A stretch of 64,000 nt of DNA from Thermoanaerobaculia bacterium (GCA_963719225.1 CAVRAY010000002.1:608001-672000), one strand, 5' to 3'; positions 39,055 through 50,050 are shown, counted from the stretch's first letter. The notes: generated by a model not told the origin, from the letters alone. Numbers and translations: made by a program.

Positions 39055-39914
39055 CGGCGCGCGCGCAGGGTCGCCCTCGGGCGCGGGCCGGCCGTCGCCT
39101 CGGTCGGCGCTCCCGCAGGGAGCAGCCGCTCGCCGCGCGCGACCGCCCGCTCGAGCTCGCGGAGCTTGAGGTACTTCAGGAGCGTGTTCGAGGCCGAGAG
39201 CGCCGCGAACGTGAGGCCGGCGGTGCCGTCGAGGACCCCGAGCCTGAGGAATGCGCGGTCCAGGAACTCCCAGGCGACCCGGACGGGAAGGAACGGCATC
39301 GTCCCCCGGCGCGCCGACAATTTCGCCTCTGCCGCGAGGGTCGTGTAGCGATCGAGCTTTTCGAGGTAGTGGGCGAGATCGCGGTACGAGCGGTGCAGGA
39401 TCGTCTCGTCGAGAGCCTCGACGGGGCCGTTCGCGAGCACCCGCTCGTGAACGGGGTCCGACGAGAAGCGCGCGCGCGCGCGGTCGTAGAGTCGCGCAGG
39501 CCGGACGACGGTGTCGCGGCCGAAACGGAGCGCGCGTCCGAGGAACTCGAGGCGGATCGGAATCCGGAACGCGGCCGGCGGGTCCTCCTCGGACCCGACC
39601 GTCGCGAGCCGGCTGCGGATTTCGAGCGCGAGGGCCGGCGAGACGATCTCGTCGGCGTCGACGGAGAGCACCCAGCGATTCGAGGCGAGGGCGGCGGCGG
39701 CGTTCTTCTGCGCGCCGAAGCCGTCGAAGGCGCGGACGAGGACGCGCGCGCCCGCGGCCTCGGCGATCTCCGCCGTCCGGTCGGCCGTCGCGGCGTCCAC
39801 GACGACCACGATCTCGTCGGCGAACGCGGCGGCCTCGAGGGCCGCCGGAAGGCGGTCCTCTTCGTCGCGCGCGATCAGCGTGACCGTGAGCGGCGGGCCG
39901 TCTGGCTCGGACAT
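39051..39914 (-). CDS. GT2 glycosyltransferase (WaaE/KdtX-like)
   Basis: IARDEE, DEIVVV, D.TAEIA, GFG.QKN.A, WVLSVDADE, VHE. Confidence 0.9.
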   Translation of the reverse strand: MSEPDGPPLTVTLIARDEEDRLPAALEAAAFADEIVVVVDAATADRTAEIAEAAGARVLVRAFDGFGAQKNAAAALASNRWVLSVDADEIVSPALALEIRSRLATVGSEEDPPAAFRIPIRLEFLGRALRFGRDTVVRPARLYDRARARFSSDPVHERVLANGPVEALDETILHRSYRDLAHYLEKLDRYTTLAAEAKLSARRGTMPFLPVRVAWEFLDRAFLRLGVLDGTAGLTFAALSASNTLLKYLKLRELERAVARGERLLPAGAPTEATAGPRPRATLRARR

Positions 39915-39976
39915 CCGGGGGCCGAGTATGGACCCGCGTGCCGGGCCGTTCACACGCCGTCCGTATACTCCGGCTC

Positions 39977-41545
39977 GTGTCCGCCGGGCGTCCGTCCGAA
40001 GATCCCGAAGCGTCCGGCCGCCTTCTCTTCGCGGCGGCGCTCGCGGCGGGGGCCCTGCTGCGGCTCGTCCTTCTCGGACGCCCCGACCTCTTCGCCTCGG
40101 ACGAAGGCCGCTGGGCCGTGGGAGCGCGAAACGTGCTCGAGGGCGGGGCGCAGGTGCTCGCACCCTCCACGACGCCGCTCGGCGACCCGTCGGGCACGCC
40201 GATCCTCTTTCCGTGGCTCCTCTCCGGGATGGTGCGTGTGTTCGGCGCCGAGGAGTGGGCCGTGCGGCTCCCGTCGGCGGTGCTCGGGCTCGTCGCGGCG
40301 TTCATCGTCGAGCGGATCGTGCGCCGCGGGTGGGGGCAGCCCGCCGGCCATCTCTCGGGAGCGTTCGTGGCCCTCTTCCCCCCGCTCGTCGCGGCTTCCC
40401 GCGTCGCGACGGTCGAGCCGGCTCTCGTGACGCTCGGCCTGGCCGGGATCATCTTCGGCCTGCGCGCCTTCGAGGAGGACATCCCGTGGGAGGGGGCGGC
40501 CGCGGGCGCCTTCTTCGGTCTCGGCTTTCTCGCCAAGGGCTACGCGGTCGGGCTCTTCCTTCTCCCGCTCCTCGTCGCGCTCGCGGCGCGCCCGCGTCTC
40601 TTCGGGCTCGGACGGACGAAGCGCTCGCTCCTGTTTCTCGCCGCGGCCTTCGTCGCGGTAGGCGGATCGTACCTGCTCGCCGTCCTCGTCCTGGCGCCCC
40701 GATCGTTCGCGTTTCAGCTCGCGACGGCGTTCGGGGCCTCCGAGGCCGCCGCGCGCGCCGCCGTTCTTCCCACCGCGTTCTCCGCGGACCTCGTGTCGAT
40801 CCTGAGGCCCGTCTTCTGGTTCCTGCCCGTCACGCTTCTCGGCATCGCGTTCCTGTGGCGCGACGTCGGCGAGGACGAGATCGCCTCGGGCGCGACGGGC
40901 GGGGACCGACGCCTCGCGCACGGCCTGCTCTGGGGCGCGTACTTCGTCGAGCTCGTGGTCGTCGTCGCGGTCGCGGGGCGTTACCGTCTCTCCTCGATTC
41001 CGCTCATGCCGGCCGTCGCGACGCTGACCGGACTCGGCGCGACGGCGATCGTCGTGTCGGTTCGCGCGCGCACGTCTCTGACGACGCAGCGCGTCGCGGC
41101 GGGCACGATGGCGGGGCTGCTCGCAATCGGCGGCATCGAGTCGGCGCGTCGGATCCGGCACGATCTCCTGACCCACCGGACGGGGGCCCGCGAGGTCGCC
41201 GCCCAGATCGAGCCGGCCGTCGCGCCGCTCTCGCCGCGGGCGATCGCGTTCCGCGCGCCCGAGCCCGATGCCATCGCGTTTCACCTGTTCCGGACCGGGC
41301 TCTCCTGGAACGGATCGGAGACGCCCGCGTCCCTCGAGGAGGACGAGGCCGCCGGCGTGCGGTGCTGGGCCTGGCGCGCGCGAGAGGGGCCGCCGGAGGC
41401 TCCCGCACCCGACGCGAAGGCCTGGCTCGTCGCCCATGCGCGCGACGTGACGGCGGACGTCGACGCGCGCGCGGGGCGCACGACCGGGCTTTCCGTCTTC
41501 GTCCCGAAGGCCGCCGCTGCCGCTCCGGCGGCCGCCCGGCCATAA
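39977..41545 (+). CDS. ArnT/PMT (GT-C) family membrane glycosyltransferase
   Basis: DEGRW...A, P.L..WL....FG..EWAVRLPSA..G, LAKG; multiple TM segments. Confidence 0.85.
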   Translation: MSAGRPSEDPEASGRLLFAAALAAGALLRLVLLGRPDLFASDEGRWAVGARNVLEGGAQVLAPSTTPLGDPSGTPILFPWLLSGMVRVFGAEEWAVRLPSAVLGLVAAFIVERIVRRGWGQPAGHLSGAFVALFPPLVAASRVATVEPALVTLGLAGIIFGLRAFEEDIPWEGAAAGAFFGLGFLAKGYAVGLFLLPLLVALAARPRLFGLGRTKRSLLFLAAAFVAVGGSYLLAVLVLAPRSFAFQLATAFGASEAAARAAVLPTAFSADLVSILRPVFWFLPVTLLGIAFLWRDVGEDEIASGATGGDRRLAHGLLWGAYFVELVVVVAVAGRYRLSSIPLMPAVATLTGLGATAIVVSVRARTSLTTQRVAAGTMAGLLAIGGIESARRIRHDLLTHRTGAREVAAQIEPAVAPLSPRAIAFRAPEPDAIAFHLFRTGLSWNGSETPASLEEDEAAGVRCWAWRAREGPPEAPAPDAKAWLVAHARDVTADVDARAGRTTGLSVFVPKAAAAAPAAARP

Positions 41546-41555
41546 TCGGCCCCCC

Positions 41556-42899
41556 ATGACGACCGTTCTTCTCGCCGACCGGGACGGCGCGGCCTTCGGG
41601 CCGCTCGCGCCTCGCGTCGTCCCCGCCCTCCTGCCGCTTGCGGGGATTCCCCTCCTCGAGCGCGCGCTCGAGGCGCTCGCCGCGGCCGGCCACCGGTCGG
41701 CGCTCCTCGTCGTCGGTCCGCGCGCGTCCGAGATCGAGCGCCGCTTCGGCAAGGGGATCCGCTGGGGGATCGCCCTCGAAGTCGTGCGTCGCGAGGACGG
41801 GGAGAGCATCGGGGACGTCCTCAGGCGCCTCGAGCACCGGCTCGACGGCGAGACCGTGCTCGTGCGCGGAGACGTCGGCGTCCACGCGGCGATCGGGGAG
41901 TTCCTTTCGAAGGTCGAAGACGCGCGCGGACCCGTCGTCGAGGCCACGCTCGGCGGCCGCCCCGCGGGCATGTGGCGCCTCCTGCCGGGCGCCCTCAAGA
42001 AGAAGGACTTCCCGCGGGAGCCCGCCGAAGCCGGATGGGCGCACGACCCGGACTTCGTCGCGCTGCCGCTCACGTCGTCGGCCACCCTGATCGACGGCGT
42101 CGGTGCCTATCGACGCGCGGACGCCGAACACGCCGGCGGGCGCCGGGCGCTCGCGGAGCGTGCCCACGTCGACGCGGACGCGACGCTCGACGGCGCGACG
42201 ACGGTGGGCGAGGAAGCCACCGTCCTTTCGGGGGCGCGGCTCGCGAACACGAGCGTCCTCCCGCGGACCGCGATCCCGCCCGGAGTCGTGCTCGCGGACG
42301 CGGTCGTCTCGGGCAACCTCGTCGTGGACGCCGCGTCGGGGCGGGCGAGCCTCCTGACGGATCTCCTTCCGGCCGCAGCCGGGACGCACGCGGGCGGCCG
42401 CACGCTCGGGTTCGCGGCCCTCGTGCTCTCCCTTCCGCTCTGGCCTGTCGCGGCCGCGTGGAGCGCGATCGCGAACGCGGGCCACGCGACGCGACCCGCG
42501 ACGCTGGCGGGGAACGCCCCCGGCGGGGGCCGCGCGGCCTTCACGACGTTCCGGTTCGAAACGGCCGTTCCCGTCCTGCGCGACCTGCCGCTCCTCCTCG
42601 CGGTCGTCCGCGGCCGCCTCGCGCTCACGGGGGTCACGCCGCTGACGCCCGCCGAGGAGGCGGCTCTCGCCGAGCCGTGGGAGAAGACCCGGGACGAGGC
42701 GCCCGCCGGCCTCCTCTCTCTTTCGCGGCTCGCGGGCCCCGCGTCGGCGCCGCCGGAAGTGGCGCGCGTCCTCGACGCGTTCGAGGCCCGGCGTCCCTCG
42801 CCGCTCCTCGGCCGCGCCCTCAAGGCGCTGTTCTCGGCGCGCGCGTGGACGGCGCCGAACGTGTGGAACCCGGACGCTCTCAAGGAGGAGAAGTCGTGA
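41556..42899 (+). CDS. Degenerate NTP-transferase + LbH + phosphoglycosyl-transferase-like fusion
   Basis: PALLPLAG.PLLE, G.G.RWGI; hexapeptide repeats; DLP.L..V.RG.LALTG..P. Confidence 0.7.
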   Translation: MTTVLLADRDGAAFGPLAPRVVPALLPLAGIPLLERALEALAAAGHRSALLVVGPRASEIERRFGKGIRWGIALEVVRREDGESIGDVLRRLEHRLDGETVLVRGDVGVHAAIGEFLSKVEDARGPVVEATLGGRPAGMWRLLPGALKKKDFPREPAEAGWAHDPDFVALPLTSSATLIDGVGAYRRADAEHAGGRRALAERAHVDADATLDGATTVGEEATVLSGARLANTSVLPRTAIPPGVVLADAVVSGNLVVDAASGRASLLTDLLPAAAGTHAGGRTLGFAALVLSLPLWPVAAAWSAIANAGHATRPATLAGNAPGGGRAAFTTFRFETAVPVLRDLPLLLAVVRGRLALTGVTPLTPAEEAALAEPWEKTRDEAPAGLLSLSRLAGPASAPPEVARVLDAFEARRPSPLLGRALKALFSARAWTAPNVWNPDALKEEKS

Positions 42900-44269
42900 G
42901 CGTGCTCGTCGTCCGGGCGCCTTTCGACGGGGCGGAGGTCGCGCGTCTCCCGCGTCCGTCGCCCGCCGAGGTGGACGCGGCTGTCTCCCGGGCGGTCGCC
43001 GTCTTCGAGGAGACGAGGGCCCTCCCGACATACGCCCGCGTCGCGATCCTGCGGCGCGTCGCAGCCGCGCTCGAGGCGCAGCGTGATCCGCTCGGGGAGA
43101 CGATCGCACGGGAGGCCGGCAAGCCGCTGCGCGCGGCGCGGACGGAGGTCGAGCGATCCTCCGCGACGTTCTCGGCGGCGGCCGCCGCCCTCGAGGCGTG
43201 GCGGGGCGAGATGCTCCCGCTCGACGTGAACGCGGCGTCGGTCGCGCGCTGGGGCGTCGTGAGGCGCGTGCCGCTCGGGCCCGTCCTCGCGATCACGCCG
43301 TTCAACTTTCCGCTGAACCTCACGGCGCACAAGGTCGCCCCCGCGATCGCGGTCGGGGCGCCCGTCGTCCAGAAGCCGGCGTCGCAGACACCGCTCTCCG
43401 CCTTCGCGCTGCAGGCGATCGTGCGCGCCGCGGGGTGGCCGTCCGACGCCTACGCCGTGCTGCCGCTGTCCGGCCGCGAGGCCGAAGGCCTCGTGACGGA
43501 TCCCCGCCTTCCCGTCGTCTCGTTCACGGGTTCCGGAGCGGTCGGCTGGCGGCTCCGCGAGATCGCGCCGAGGAAGCGCGTCTCGCTCGAGCTCGGCGGC
43601 AACGCGGCCGCCGTCGTCCACTCCGACGCCGACCTGGACGACGCGGCCTCGCGCGTGGCCGCGGGCGCCTTCGGCTACGCGGGCCAGTCCTGCATCTCGG
43701 TCCAGCGCGTCCTCGTCCAGAGGGACGTCCTCGCCGCGTTCGAGGAAAAGCTCCTCGCGAAGACGGCGGCGCTCGCGGCGGGCGATCCGCTCGACGAGAG
43801 GACGGACGTCGGGCCGATGATCGCGCGCGAGGAGGCGGACCGCGCCGTGCGGTGGATCGAGGAGGCCGTCGCGGGCGGCGCGCGGGTGCTCGCAGGAGCG
43901 ACGCGCGACGGCTCGGTCGTCGTCCCGACCGTTCTCGGCGACACGACGCGGTCGATGAAGGTCGAGGCGCAGGAGGTCTTCGCGCCCGTCGTGACGCTCG
44001 CGGCCTACGACACGTGGGACGACGCGCTCCGGCGCGTGAACGACTCGAAATACGGTCTGCAGGCCGGGATCTTCACGAGGGACCTTGGCCGCATCCAGCG
44101 CGCGTTCGACGTTCTCGAGGTCGGCGCGATCGTCGTGAACGACGTCCCGACGTGGCGCGCCGACCGGATGCCGTACGGCGGTGTGAAGGAATCCGGGATC
44201 GGGCGCGAGGGACCGGCCTACGCCATGGAAGAGTTCACGGAGCCGCGGCTCCTCGTCCTGAGGCCCTAG
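42896..44269 (+). CDS. Aldehyde dehydrogenase family protein
   Basis: ITPFNFPLNL, KPASQTP, SFTGS, LELGGN, AGQSCISVQR, EVFAPV, PYGGVKESG.GREG. Confidence 0.95.
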   Translation: MSVLVVRAPFDGAEVARLPRPSPAEVDAAVSRAVAVFEETRALPTYARVAILRRVAAALEAQRDPLGETIAREAGKPLRAARTEVERSSATFSAAAAALEAWRGEMLPLDVNAASVARWGVVRRVPLGPVLAITPFNFPLNLTAHKVAPAIAVGAPVVQKPASQTPLSAFALQAIVRAAGWPSDAYAVLPLSGREAEGLVTDPRLPVVSFTGSGAVGWRLREIAPRKRVSLELGGNAAAVVHSDADLDDAASRVAAGAFGYAGQSCISVQRVLVQRDVLAAFEEKLLAKTAALAAGDPLDERTDVGPMIAREEADRAVRWIEEAVAGGARVLAGATRDGSVVVPTVLGDTTRSMKVEAQEVFAPVVTLAAYDTWDDALRRVNDSKYGLQAGIFTRDLGRIQRAFDVLEVGAIVVNDVPTWRADRMPYGGVKESGIGREGPAYAMEEFTEPRLLVLRP

Positions 44270-44304
44270 ACGCGGGGGCGCGCGAAGCGCCGCGAAAGGA
44301 ACAG

Positions 44305-44763
44305 ATGGAAGACGTCTCGACGTTCTCGATCTCGGCCTCCTGGGATCCGGCCGGAAAGGTCGGCCGGCTCGCGAACGCCGACGGCTCGTTCGCGACGGTC
44401 CACGCGGGGGCGTCCGCTCTCGGCGGTATGGCGGGCGCCGTGAACCCGGAGGAGCTCCTCCTCGCCGGCGTCGCGGCGTGCTTCGTCCAGACGTGGGCGA
44501 TCTTCCTCGAGAAGCTCAAGCTCCCCGTGCCCCAGCCGAGGATCGACGCGACCTGCGAGATGGCGAAGGACCCGGCGGGCGGCTACCGGATCACGCGGAT
44601 CGACATCGCCGCCCTCGTGCCGCAGGCGCTTCTCGCCGAGAGGCGCGCGGACGTCGACAAGGCGCTGTCGCTCGCCGAGAAATACTGCATCGTCTCGAAG
44701 GCCGTGCGGGGCTCCGTGCCCGTGTCCGTGGCCGTCACGGCGGACGGAGAGCCCGGCGCTTAG
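44305..44763 (+). CDS. OsmC family protein
   Basis: NPEELLLA..AACF ... AEKYCIVS. Confidence 0.88.
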   Translation: MEDVSTFSISASWDPAGKVGRLANADGSFATVHAGASALGGMAGAVNPEELLLAGVAACFVQTWAIFLEKLKLPVPQPRIDATCEMAKDPAGGYRITRIDIAALVPQALLAERRADVDKALSLAEKYCIVSKAVRGSVPVSVAVTADGEPGA

Positions 44764-46907
44764 AGGTTCTCCTCGAACCACTCGGCGAGGCGCTGGTTCT
44801 TGTAGAGGAGCGCCTCGCCGCGCGGCCCGTGCTTCTGGCGCGGGAGCGGCACGAAGACGAAGTCCTTCCGCGCCTTCATGAGCTCGTCCACGAAGCGGAT
44901 CGTGTTCTGCATGTGGACGTTGTCGTCGGACGTCCCGTGGAAAAGGAGGAGCTTCGTCCCGAGCTCCTTCGCGGCGAGAAGCGGCGACGACGACCGGTAG
45001 CCGCCCGGATTCTCCTTGGGCGTCTTCATGTACCGCTCCGTGTAGATCGAGTCGTAGAGCGACCAGTCCACGACGGGCGCGCCGGCCGCCGCGCACTTGA
45101 ACGTCGCGCCCGCGTGCGTCGCCGCGAAGAGCGTCATGTAGCCGCCGTACGACCAGCCCGTGATCCCGATGCGCCCGCCGTCCACGTACGGCCTCTTCTT
45201 CAGCTCGGCGACGCCCTCGAGCTGATCCGCGAGCTCCTGAGCGCCCATGTTCCTCAGGATCGGCGTCTCGAACGCGTGGCCGCGGCCCCACGAACCACGG
45301 TTGTCCATCGACCACACGAGGAATCCCTTCGACGCGAGGTAGCGGTCGAGCGCGGGTGGCCACGCGTTCTGGACGAGCTGCGTGTGCGGACCCCCATAGA
45401 CGTACACGACGACCGGGTACTTCCGCGCGGGATCGAAGCCCGCGGGCTTCACGAGCCGGGTGTAGAAAACCGTCCCGTCCGCGCCCGCGAACGAGCCGAG
45501 CTCCACGCTCCCGAGCTCGTAGCCCTCGAGGGGGTCCTTCTCGTCGAGGACGGTGACGGCGGCGCCGGAGACGGAGCGGACGACGGTGCGGGGAGGCGCT
45601 TCGACGCTCGAGCAGGTGTCGACGAAGTGCGCGGCGTCCGGCGCGAACACGGGCGCGTGGACCCCGGGCTCGGTTGTGACGCGGGTCATCGACGACCCGT
45701 CCAGCTTCGCGACGAAGACCTGTCGCTCGCGCGGGTCCGGCGTCGTCGCGCGGAACAAGACGGTCCCCGTCTTCTCGTCGACGCTCCAGGGGCCGTCGAC
45801 CATGAAGTCGCCCTTCGTGATCGCGTTCTTCAGGGTGCCGTCCGCCGCGTGGCGCTCGAGGTGGAAATGCCCGGTTCTCTCGGAGAGAAGGACGAACGAG
45901 CCGTCCTTGAGGAAGTGCGCCGGCGCGAGCGCGTTGATCCAGGCCGGGTCGGTCTCGGAGACGAGCGTCTTCGGCGCGCCGCCCGACCGGGCGAGGAGGA
46001 GCACGTCCCGGCGCGTCTGCGGCCTGTCGAGAACGGTGAAGCAGACCGCCTTGCCGTCCGGTGTCCAGGACATCACGGGGGCGACGTACGCGTCGTCCGG
46101 CACGGACGTGAAGGCGGCCGTCTCCTTCCCGGCGAGGTTGACCACGTGGACGGACGGGACGGCGTTCGGGTCGCCCGCCTTCGGGTAGCGCTCGGCCTCG
46201 ACCTTTCCGTTCGTCGGGACGTAGTCGACGATCGGGTACGTCGGGACGCGCGTCTGATCGAGCGACAGGTACGCGATCGCGGACGAGTCCGGCGACCAGA
46301 AGAACGACCGGTTGTGACCGCGGGCCGCGAGCTCCTCGCCGTAGACCCAGTCGAGGACGCCGTTCAGGATCGCGTCCGAGCCGGACGTCGTGAGGCGCGT
46401 CTCTTTGCCCGTCGCGACGTCGAGGACGAAGAGGTCGTGCTTCTTGACGTAGGCGAGACGGGTGCCGTCGGGCGACCATTCGGGAACCGTCTCTTCGTCG
46501 GCGTCGTTCGTGACACGTCTCGGCTCGCCGCCCGGCGTCACGAGCCAGAGGTCGTCGTCGAACGGGACCGCGAACGCGTCGCCCTTCGGCGTGAACACGG
46601 CTCCGCGGAGGGCGAGCTTCTTCTCCCGACCCGCGCGGTCCTTCACGGCGGGCGCGTCCATGAGCTTCGCCTTCCTGCCGGTCGCCGCGTCGGCCTGCCA
46701 GAGGGCGGCGGGCGCGTCGGGGCCGCCTGCGGAATCCGGCCACACGACGTGCGTCGCGTCGCGCCAGGCGTACGGGACGGGCATCCGCGCCCGGGAGACC
46801 ACCTCGAGGGTCAGCGGCTTCTTCGGCTGAGCCGTTCCGGAAGTCGGCGGCGGAGCCGTTGCCTGCGCGGCGGCGAGAGCGGCGGCGGCGAGGGGCGCGA
46901 GGATCAC
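44760..46907 (-). CDS. S9B dipeptidyl peptidase IV family
   Basis: NG..DWVY.EE, YPKAG.PN, VYGGP, GWSYGGY, HG..DDNVH. Confidence 0.94.
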   Translation of the reverse strand: MILAPLAAAALAAAQATAPPPTSGTAQPKKPLTLEVVSRARMPVPYAWRDATHVVWPDSAGGPDAPAALWQADAATGRKAKLMDAPAVKDRAGREKKLALRGAVFTPKGDAFAVPFDDDLWLVTPGGEPRRVTNDADEETVPEWSPDGTRLAYVKKHDLFVLDVATGKETRLTTSGSDAILNGVLDWVYGEELAARGHNRSFFWSPDSSAIAYLSLDQTRVPTYPIVDYVPTNGKVEAERYPKAGDPNAVPSVHVVNLAGKETAAFTSVPDDAYVAPVMSWTPDGKAVCFTVLDRPQTRRDVLLLARSGGAPKTLVSETDPAWINALAPAHFLKDGSFVLLSERTGHFHLERHAADGTLKNAITKGDFMVDGPWSVDEKTGTVLFRATTPDPRERQVFVAKLDGSSMTRVTTEPGVHAPVFAPDAAHFVDTCSSVEAPPRTVVRSVSGAAVTVLDEKDPLEGYELGSVELGSFAGADGTVFYTRLVKPAGFDPARKYPVVVYVYGGPHTQLVQNAWPPALDRYLASKGFLVWSMDNRGSWGRGHAFETPILRNMGAQELADQLEGVAELKKRPYVDGGRIGITGWSYGGYMTLFAATHAGATFKCAAAGAPVVDWSLYDSIYTERYMKTPKENPGGYRSSSPLLAAKELGTKLLLFHGTSDDNVHMQNTIRFVDELMKARKDFVFVPLPRQKHGPRGEALLYKNQRLAEWFEENL

Positions 46908-48460
46908 TTCGTCTCTCCCTTCACGGAAGCGGCCGGCTGCATCGTCAGGGGATCGCGGAGCGGGAGAACGACGAGCTTCCCGCCCGTGAGATCCCGGAAC
47001 TGCACGGGGTGCTTCGGGTCGGGATTCAGAAGGTCCGCCTCGCGGCCGACGACGAGGATCGTCGCGGACCCGGGCGTCAGGAGTCGCTTCGCGACGCGCG
47101 CGACGTCGGCCTTCGTCACGTTCTCCACCCTCGACTGGTACGCGGCCCACCAGCGGGGGTCCGCCGCGTAACGGCCCGTGAACTCCTCGTCCGCGAGGCC
47201 GTCCGCGACCTGCACGGGCGTCGCGAAGCGGCGCGGGAGCGTCTCGACGAACGAGCGCTTCGCGGTCTCGAGCTCCTCGTCCGTGACCCCGCCGTCGCGC
47301 AGCTTCCGCATCTCCTCGAGGACGATTCCGGCGGCGTAGGCGGACGTCCGGACCTTCGACTGGAACGCGGCGCCGAAGCGGCCGGGATAGAAGACGCCGC
47401 CCGCGAGGACGGAGCCGGCCGAGTACGCGAGGCCCTCGTCGGAGCGGACGCGGTTCGTGATGCGGCTCGTGAAGCCTCCACCTCCGAGGACGTCGTTCAT
47501 GACGGAGGCCGCGATGAAGTCCGGATCCGTCCTCATCAGGCCTGGAAGGAGGATCGAGACGCGTCCCTGGTTCACGTCCTTGTCGACGAGAAACGTGCCG
47601 GGCGGAAGCGCGTGCGACGGCTTCGGGACGGGCGGCGCGGCCTCACCCGCGAACGGCCAGTCCGAGAGGAGCGCGTCGAGCTTCGCGGCCATCTCGGCCT
47701 TCCGGAAGTCGCCCGCGGCCGCGACGATCATGTTGCGCGGGACCATCCACCTCCGATGGAACCCGACGAGGTCGGATTGCGTGAGGGAGTCGAGGGAGGC
47801 CTTCGTCTCCCAGCGGTTGACGTAGAAGTCCGGCCCCGTGAGGAGAACGGAGCGCTCGCGCGCCTCGATCGCGGCGGACGAGTCGTTGCGGCGCTTGAGC
47901 TCCGCGACGAGCTGCTCCTTGCGGAGCCTGAGGCGGTCCTCCTGGAACGCGGGCTCCGTGAGGACCTCGCGGAGGATCGAGAGGCCCTCGTCGAGGTCCT
48001 TCGAGAGGAGGTTGAGAGACACGATGCCGCGGTCGTCGAAATAGCCCGAGGCCTGCGTGCTGCTCGGCCGGCCGGCGGGGTGTTCGGGGTTGAGGAGCGC
48101 GGCGAGATACGCGAGGCGCTCCTCGAGGTCCTCGGCCTTCCTCTTCTTCGTCCCGCCTCGCCCGAGGAGCCAGCCCGTCGTCTCGGCGAGCCCCTCCTTG
48201 CCGGGCGGATTCAGGTAGGTGCCACCCCGGAGGAGGATCTGGACGTTCACGAGCGGGAGGTCGTGGCTCTCGACGAGATAGCAGACGACGCCGGACCTCG
48301 GGAGGACGACGCGGTGGTCTTTCGCGGCGGGCGGCGCCCAGGCGAACGGTTTCACGGCGATCTGCTCGGGACGGGCGGGGATCGCGTCCGAAGCGTGGAG
48401 CGCGGGAGCGGCGAGGGCGAGCGCGGCCGCGAGGAAGAAGGGGCGCGCGAGTCTTGCCAT
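46904..48460 (-). CDS. M16 peptidase-like subunit (non-catalytic)
   Basis: H.LPLV, LGGGGF.SR...VR...GLAY; no HxxEH. Confidence 0.9.
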   Translation of the reverse strand: MARLARPFFLAAALALAAPALHASDAIPARPEQIAVKPFAWAPPAAKDHRVVLPRSGVVCYLVESHDLPLVNVQILLRGGTYLNPPGKEGLAETTGWLLGRGGTKKRKAEDLEERLAYLAALLNPEHPAGRPSSTQASGYFDDRGIVSLNLLSKDLDEGLSILREVLTEPAFQEDRLRLRKEQLVAELKRRNDSSAAIEARERSVLLTGPDFYVNRWETKASLDSLTQSDLVGFHRRWMVPRNMIVAAAGDFRKAEMAAKLDALLSDWPFAGEAAPPVPKPSHALPPGTFLVDKDVNQGRVSILLPGLMRTDPDFIAASVMNDVLGGGGFTSRITNRVRSDEGLAYSAGSVLAGGVFYPGRFGAAFQSKVRTSAYAAGIVLEEMRKLRDGGVTDEELETAKRSFVETLPRRFATPVQVADGLADEEFTGRYAADPRWWAAYQSRVENVTKADVARVAKRLLTPGSATILVVGREADLLNPDPKHPVQFRDLTGGKLVVLPLRDPLTMQPAASVKGETK

Positions 48461-48462
48461 GA

Positions 48463-50050
48463 TCACTTTCCCTCCGCGGCCGGGGCGGCGGGCCCGGGCC
48501 CGGGCGCGCGGCGCCCGGGGTGCCGCGGCGGCGTGCCGCCCTTGCGCGTGTACGTCGCGACGCCACGGTTCTCCTTCGTGAGGTAGGTCCGGGCGACCCG
48601 CCGCACGTCCTCGGCGGTGACGGCCTGGATCCTCTTCGGCCCGTCCCGGAACTCCCTCCAGTCGCCGCGGCCGTCGTTGCCGAGGAGCTGGTAGAGGATG
48701 CCCATGTTCGTCTGCATCGAGCGGAAGGCCTGCGCCGCCGCGTTGTTCTTGACCTTCTGAAGCTCGTCCGGCGGGACGACGTCCTGTTTCAGCGTGTCGA
48801 GCACCGCGTAGATCGCGTGCTCGGTTTCCGCGGGCTCCCGCCCCTCCCGCACCTGGGCGTCGACCTCGAACTCTCCCGCGTACTTCCGCGAGAAGGCGCT
48901 CGCCTGTGCGCTCGTCGCGACGGGGCTCGTCCCGTCGACGAGGGCCTTGTAGAGGCGCCCCGTACGCCCGTTCAGGATCTGGGAGAGGACCTGCAGCGGG
49001 TAGGAGTCCCTGTGCTGGAACGGAACGGTGTGCCAGAGGACGTCCACGCGCGGATTCGTGTCGGCCTCGCCGTTCATCCGCATCTCGGCCTCCCACTTCG
49101 GCGCGAGGAGCGTCATCTCCGGAGGCGGGTTCTTGCCGCGCGGGATGCGGCCGAAGTACTTCGAGGCGAGCGCGAGGGCCTCCTTCGGATCGAAGTCGCC
49201 CACGAGGACGGCCGTGACGTTGTTCGGCGCGTAGAAGAGAGCGTAGTACGCGTCGGCCTCGGCCTTCGTGATGGCCGGGATGTCCGAGGCGTCACCCGAC
49301 GACGGGCCACGAGTACGGGTGGCCGTCCCAGAACATCTCCTCGAAGGCCTCGTCGAGGCTGCCCGTGGGCGTCGATTCGGTCCTCATGCGGCGCTCCTCG
49401 AAGACGACGTCCCGCTCGGAGTAGAACTCGCGGAAGACCGGCGCGCTCAGCCGGTCCGACTCCATCCAGAACCAGAGCTCGAGCCGGTTCTTCGGCACCG
49501 TGACGAAGTACTGCGTGACGTCCGTGTTCGTGGAGGCGTTCATTCCCGAGGCTCCGGCCGTCGTGTAGATCCGGTCGAACTCGTTCTTGACGAGGAGGTC
49601 GCGTTGCTCCTTCACGAGCGCGTCGAACTCGCGGTCGAGCTCGCGGTACCGGGCCGTCTTGTTCTCCGGCTTCGTGATGTCGTCGATCTCCCCGCGGCGC
49701 AGGGCGGCCCTGAGAACCGCGTCCTGCGCGCGCATGAGGCCCCGGACGCGCTCCTGCTCGTCGATGAGCTTCGCGTCGCGGGCGACGTCCTTCGTCCCGA
49801 TCGCCTTCGTCCCCTTGAACATCATGTGCTCGAAGAGATGGCTGATCCCCGTGATGCCCGGGCGCTCGTTCGCGCTCCCGACGTGCGCGACCCAGCCGGC
49901 GGAGACCGACGGCTCGTCGGGGCGCGGGACGAGGAGGAGCCTCATCCCGTTCGGGAGAACGTGCTCCTCGACCTCGAGCGCGGCGCGGGCGGGGAGAGCG
50001 GGGACTCCGACGGTCACGAGGGCCGCGGCGAGAAAGATTCCGCGTCTCAT
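48463..50050 (-). CDS. M16 metallopeptidase catalytic subunit (frameshift near 49292)
   Basis: LPNG, VGSANE.PG.TG.SHLFEHMMFKG, NAST, ESDR, HPY.WPV.G, then YAPNN...LVGD in the next frame. Confidence 0.88.

Noticed and set aside
49285-49300. Selenocysteine or readthrough at the TGA in the M16 peptidase
   Set aside because: Continuation also needs a frame change, and the position is normally Trp (G-W); a local sequencing error is simpler.
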